From Macrostomum lignano (Eukaryota), in the NCBI GenBank assembly GCA_002269645.1, contig NIVC01002357.1, positions 1 to 31,187 on the forward strand: a DNA stretch of 31,187 bases, written 5' to 3'. A model generated the notes under the pieces. That model did no database searches, was not told where the DNA came from, and worked only from the letters and a program-made list of their open reading frames with translations. A program made the translations under genes and the position numbers. The number at the start of each line of letters is the position of its first letter. Within the stretch, counting starts at the first letter, position 1. Shown here piece by piece: positions 27,797 through 31,187 of this stretch.

Positions 27797-28702
27797 TCAG
27801 CGTAGGGTCACGGCCAGCCTGTCAGCAAGCTGGAAACTGCTCTTAAACGCCACATCCGACTGCGTGCTGTACACCAGCCGCGGCGGCGAGGTCACACTGC
27901 CGTTGCCCCAGGAGGCAGCGCAGCCGTCGGTTATGTCGAGAGCCACCATGAGGCCGCGGTCTCTGTTGCAGCCGCCGTAAGCATAATTGATGAACCAACG
28001 GCGCTCAAGTTTACGCTTGACATGACCCCCAATGCTGAAGTAGTTAAAGCTCTTTCTGGCGAGGTCGGTGACGGGCCAGCTGGCCTTCAGCCGGTCCCGA
28101 GAGAACCAGTTGGTCCTGTTTAGCTCGTGAGGCGACGCTGAGAGGTCGAAGGTGACCTTCACAACGACGGAGTCGGCGACAGAGAGCTGGACGACGGCCT
28201 CCTTGAAGGTGAGCTTCGGCGCTACGGTGGGCAGCTGGTCGATGGCGCTGGCGCGGAACAGGTCGGGCAGGAGGCTGGCGGACCCGGGTGTGCCCTGGAC
28301 GGCGGAGCCGTTGCTGCGGCTCGGCGAGTCGACCAGATCGAACGACTTGACGCCGACGCCCGCTCGGATGCTCAGCGCGAGGAAGCCGCGCTCGGCGACG
28401 TCGCAGGACACGAGGCAGCGGCCCCCTGCCGAGGCCGAGACGGGGCAGGCGGCGAAGTCGCCGCAGTCGGTCGGGCGACGCTCGCAGACACCGGAGTCGG
28501 CGTCCCACGTGACCGACTCGCCCGCGGCGGCTCCCGTCGGCTGCGGCAGGTCTGGCCGGAAGCAGCCGCGGACGCCTTGGCTGCCGCTGGCGACTCGAAC
28601 CGGCGGCTCGCAGATCGAGGCGAACTGCGACTCCGTGAAGCAGCCGGGCTCAGCAGCGGCGCCCACCAGCAGCACCAAGCACGTCAAGAGTGGCGCAATC
28701 AT
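27797..28702 (-). CDS. Secreted Cys-rich protein of unknown function, paralogue B (301 aa), intronless
   Basis: The first ATG is at 28702 (MIAPLLTCLVLLVGAAAEPG signal peptide); the supplied ORF starts at a TTG. The core is nearly identical to paralogue A and it ends ..LADRLAVTLR*. Confidence 0.85.
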   Translation of the reverse strand: MIAPLLTCLVLLVGAAAEPGCFTESQFASICEPPVRVASGSQGVRGCFRPDLPQPTGAAAGESVTWDADSGVCERRPTDCGDFAACPVSASAGGRCLVSCDVAERGFLALSIRAGVGVKSFDLVDSPSRSNGSAVQGTPGSASLLPDLFRASAIDQLPTVAPKLTFKEAVVQLSVADSVVVKVTFDLSASPHELNRTNWFSRDRLKASWPVTDLARKSFNYFSIGGHVKRKLERRWFINYAYGGCNRDRGLMVALDITDGCAASWGNGSVTSPPRLVYSTQSDVAFKSSFQLADRLAVTLR

Positions 28703-29295
28703 TTTTGCAGACAAATTTTCAACTGGTGAAAAGCAGCAGTGCGAAAACAACGAGGGAACAAAAAAGCGGCCATGTTTGATCTCTTATACCTGACCCAGTT
28801 AACTTCCCAGTTAACTGCACACTCTGGCCAGAGGGGGATTCTCTAGCAAGTAAAACGTGTTGAGCCGGGCTGAGCAGCTCAGTAAGGTGCTCAGAGTGCC
28901 GGTCTGTTTACTCAAATTTCCGCTAAAGGCTATCAAAACACGCCGTTTCTATGGTGACGGGGCCAGCGCAATTCTTCCGCAAATTTCCTCGGTAGGAGAA
29001 ACGAATTCACTACTCAGTTATCAGCAAACAATTGCGTTTGACACTAAAGGTGAGTCAACTTGGGTAACTTAGATTTTTGCAAAAAGCAAAGAGGATTTTT
29101 GTGACGCTTTCAAAATTTCCTGCAGTCGTCAAATATCCTGCAGGTAACGGGCTAGTCACACAATGAGCTGCTTAAAGTGGAAGCCGTATTCAGGCATACA
29201 AGGCTTGGGCTCAGTCGGCTCTCCCTCAAAATTCCAATGCAAATTGAACCACAGCTTAACTCTTGCAACAAGACGCCATAGAAGTGCGTCCGCAT

Positions 29296-29309
29296 GTTTC
29301 CATGGAAAC
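29296..29309. promoter_or_regulatory. Perfect palindromic RFX X-box GTTTCCATGGAAAC between divergently transcribed paralogues B and C
   Basis: Exact match to GTTNCCATGGNAAC. It lies ~230 bp upstream of the C ATG and ~590 bp upstream of the B ATG. Confidence 0.7.
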
Positions 29310-29535
29310 GCAGTGCTTACCCCAAGCAATTTTATAATTGGTACCCAGCAGGTGCGTTTCCTGCAAGCCTTCTTAAATTATTAACCAAGCAATGAGTCTG
29401 CCTGTTTACGAACTGCCAAGCAGCACAGGGCCGGTGGGGAAGCTGGCAGGTATACGCTCGTAATATATGCGGAAGAATGGGTAGAGAGGAAAACTGCTTT
29501 AAGTTGATTCTAACGTAATCCACTGTACGACAGAC

Positions 29536-30451
29536 ATGGCGCATGCGAGGGTGCCGCTCCTGACGTGCCTGGCGCTGCTGCTGGGCGCCGGGGCCGGACA
29601 GCCCGGCTGCTTCACGGAGTCGCAGTTCGCATCGATCTGCGAGCCGCCGGCTCGAGTCGCCAGCGCCAGCCAAGGCGTCCGCGGCTGCTTCCGGCCGGAC
29701 CTGCCGCAGCCGACGGAGCCACCGCGGGCGAGTCGGTCACGTGGGACGCCGACTCCGGTGTCTGCGAGCGTCGCCCGACTGACTGTGGCGACTTCGCCGC
29801 CTGCCCCGTCTCGGCCTCGGCGGGAGGCCGCTGCCTTGTGTCCTGCGACGTCGCCGAGCGCGGCTTCCTCGCGCTGAGCATCCGAGCGGGCGTCGGCGTC
29901 AAGTCGTTCGATCTGGTCGACTCGCCGAGCCGCAGCAACGGCTCCGCCGTCCAGGGTACGCCCGGGTCCGCCAGCCTCCTGCCCGACCTGTTCCGCGCCA
30001 GCGCCATCGACCAGCTGCCCACCGTAGCGCCGAAGCTCACCTTCAAGGAGGCCGTCGTCCAGCTCTCTGTCGCCGCCTCTGTCGTCCTGAAGGTCACCTT
30101 CGACCTCTCGGCGTCGCCTAACGAGCTGAACAGGACCAGCTGGTTCTCTCGGGACCGGCTGAAGGCCAGCTGGCCCGTCACCGACCTCGCCAGCAGGACC
30201 TTCCACTTCTTCAGCATTGCTGGCGATGCTAGTGAACAGCGTCGCTGGTTAATTCACTATTATTACGGCGGCTGCCCGGGTGATCTTGTACTCATGGTAC
30301 TCGTAGCTCTCGACGTAACCGACGGCTGCACTGTCGACTGGGCCGGCGGCAACATGACCTGGCCGCCGCAGCTGGTGTACAGCACGCAGCCGGACGTGCC
30401 GCTTGAGACGAGTTCCGCCTTGCTGACAAGCTGGTCGTGACGCTACGCTAG
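29536..30451 (+). CDS. Secreted Cys-rich protein of unknown function, paralogue C (305 aa if two 1-nt deletions are restored); possible pseudogene or assembly errors
   Basis: Signal peptide MAHARVPLLTCLALLLGAGAGQPG. GGG has become GG at 29715-29716 relative to A/B (ACG GGA GCC), and an apparent TTT has become TT at 30413-30414. Restoring both gives ..SFRLADKLVVTLR* (TAG 30449-30451), matching the A/B C-termini, and a length of 918 nt (a multiple of 3). Confidence 0.8.
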
Positions 30452-31187
30452 GATCTCTGAAGCAAGCCTCGATAGCCAATGATTTGGCAGAGCTAACATG
30501 CACTCCATGCGTTCGAAGTGTCGATTCACACATAAAATAACTACATACGATACGAACTAAGCGCAATCTCTCCGTGTCAATCCGTGTCAAATCTATCAAT
30601 CAAAGCTTATTCGTAGAAATGAAATTTCGTCATAAATAAAACGATTACGTAATCAATTCAATGATTATCCTCTGACTGTTTAGTAGAGCCAGTCCATTAT
30701 TAAATATAATATACGAGTATATTGTTATTCGACATAGTGCCAGCTTGAACTACAATTAGCAGACAACAAACAACTGGACCGCAGTAAACGGGTGGCAATA
30801 TAATTAATTGTCTTATAAGATGATCAATGGGGTCTGCGGCTCACACTACTTATCTACTCAACTATAACTGCTCAAAGCCAGACGGAAGCGTTTTTAATAT
30901 AAATAATATAATTTTATGTTCATTTGCACTGCTTCCTACTGAAATAGAATAACAGTTAAATTAACTAATAAACAACAAAAAAAGTTAGAAATACAATTTC
31001 GAAGCTTTGTTAGAAAGCGCGCAAACTACTAATTTAGTAGTGAGTAGCTGAAAAATTGCAATTAAAATAAGAAAAAATTCCACAAAAAAGCTTGCAGCTG
31101 CAAAACCGGATGCTAGAAAATCCTCATTTGCAGCGCAATCTGGAATATAATACGATTGTGAATGAAAACAACAATTTATATTAATAT

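Noticed and set aside
24796-30217. Alternate-frame and antisense ORFs over the three secreted paralogues (e.g. 24931-25584 +, 28152-28793 +, 29499-30206 -)
   Set aside because: They are conserved only because the underlying DNA is near-identical and GC-rich. The signal-peptide and Cys-bearing frame is the one preserved in the divergent ends.

Overview
Eukaryotic (metazoan) genomic DNA. GC-rich, intron-poor coding exons sit in AT-rich spacers, and seven unrelated minisatellite arrays cover about 6 kb (~19%). This would fit a free-living flatworm such as Macrostomum, but the organism is an inference only. Left to right: a 3.3-kb 36-bp tandem array, probably inside an intron of calcineurin B, whose last exon is at 4806-4976 (+); a G-rich 14-bp array; a 5-exon gustatory-receptor-like (7TM ion channel, GRL) gene on the minus strand with a ~380-aa N-terminal extension; two more arrays; an intronless aquaglyceroporin with a non-canonical selectivity filter; a 2-exon CASC1/DNAI7 axonemal dynein subunit gene; a 5'-truncated RTE-like LINE; a 2-exon CISD2-like 2Fe-2S protein gene with an apparent 1-nt frameshift; a probable tRNA-headed SINE; and three paralogous genes for an unnamed secreted Cys-rich protein. 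The three paralogues are the most unusual element. They share a near-identical ~590-bp core but have divergent C-terminal ends and unrelated flanks. Two of them form a head-to-head inverted repeat around a perfect RFX X-box. All alignments and counts were done by eye and no database search was run. Most long ORFs in the supplied track are artefacts of repeats or of GC-rich antisense frames.
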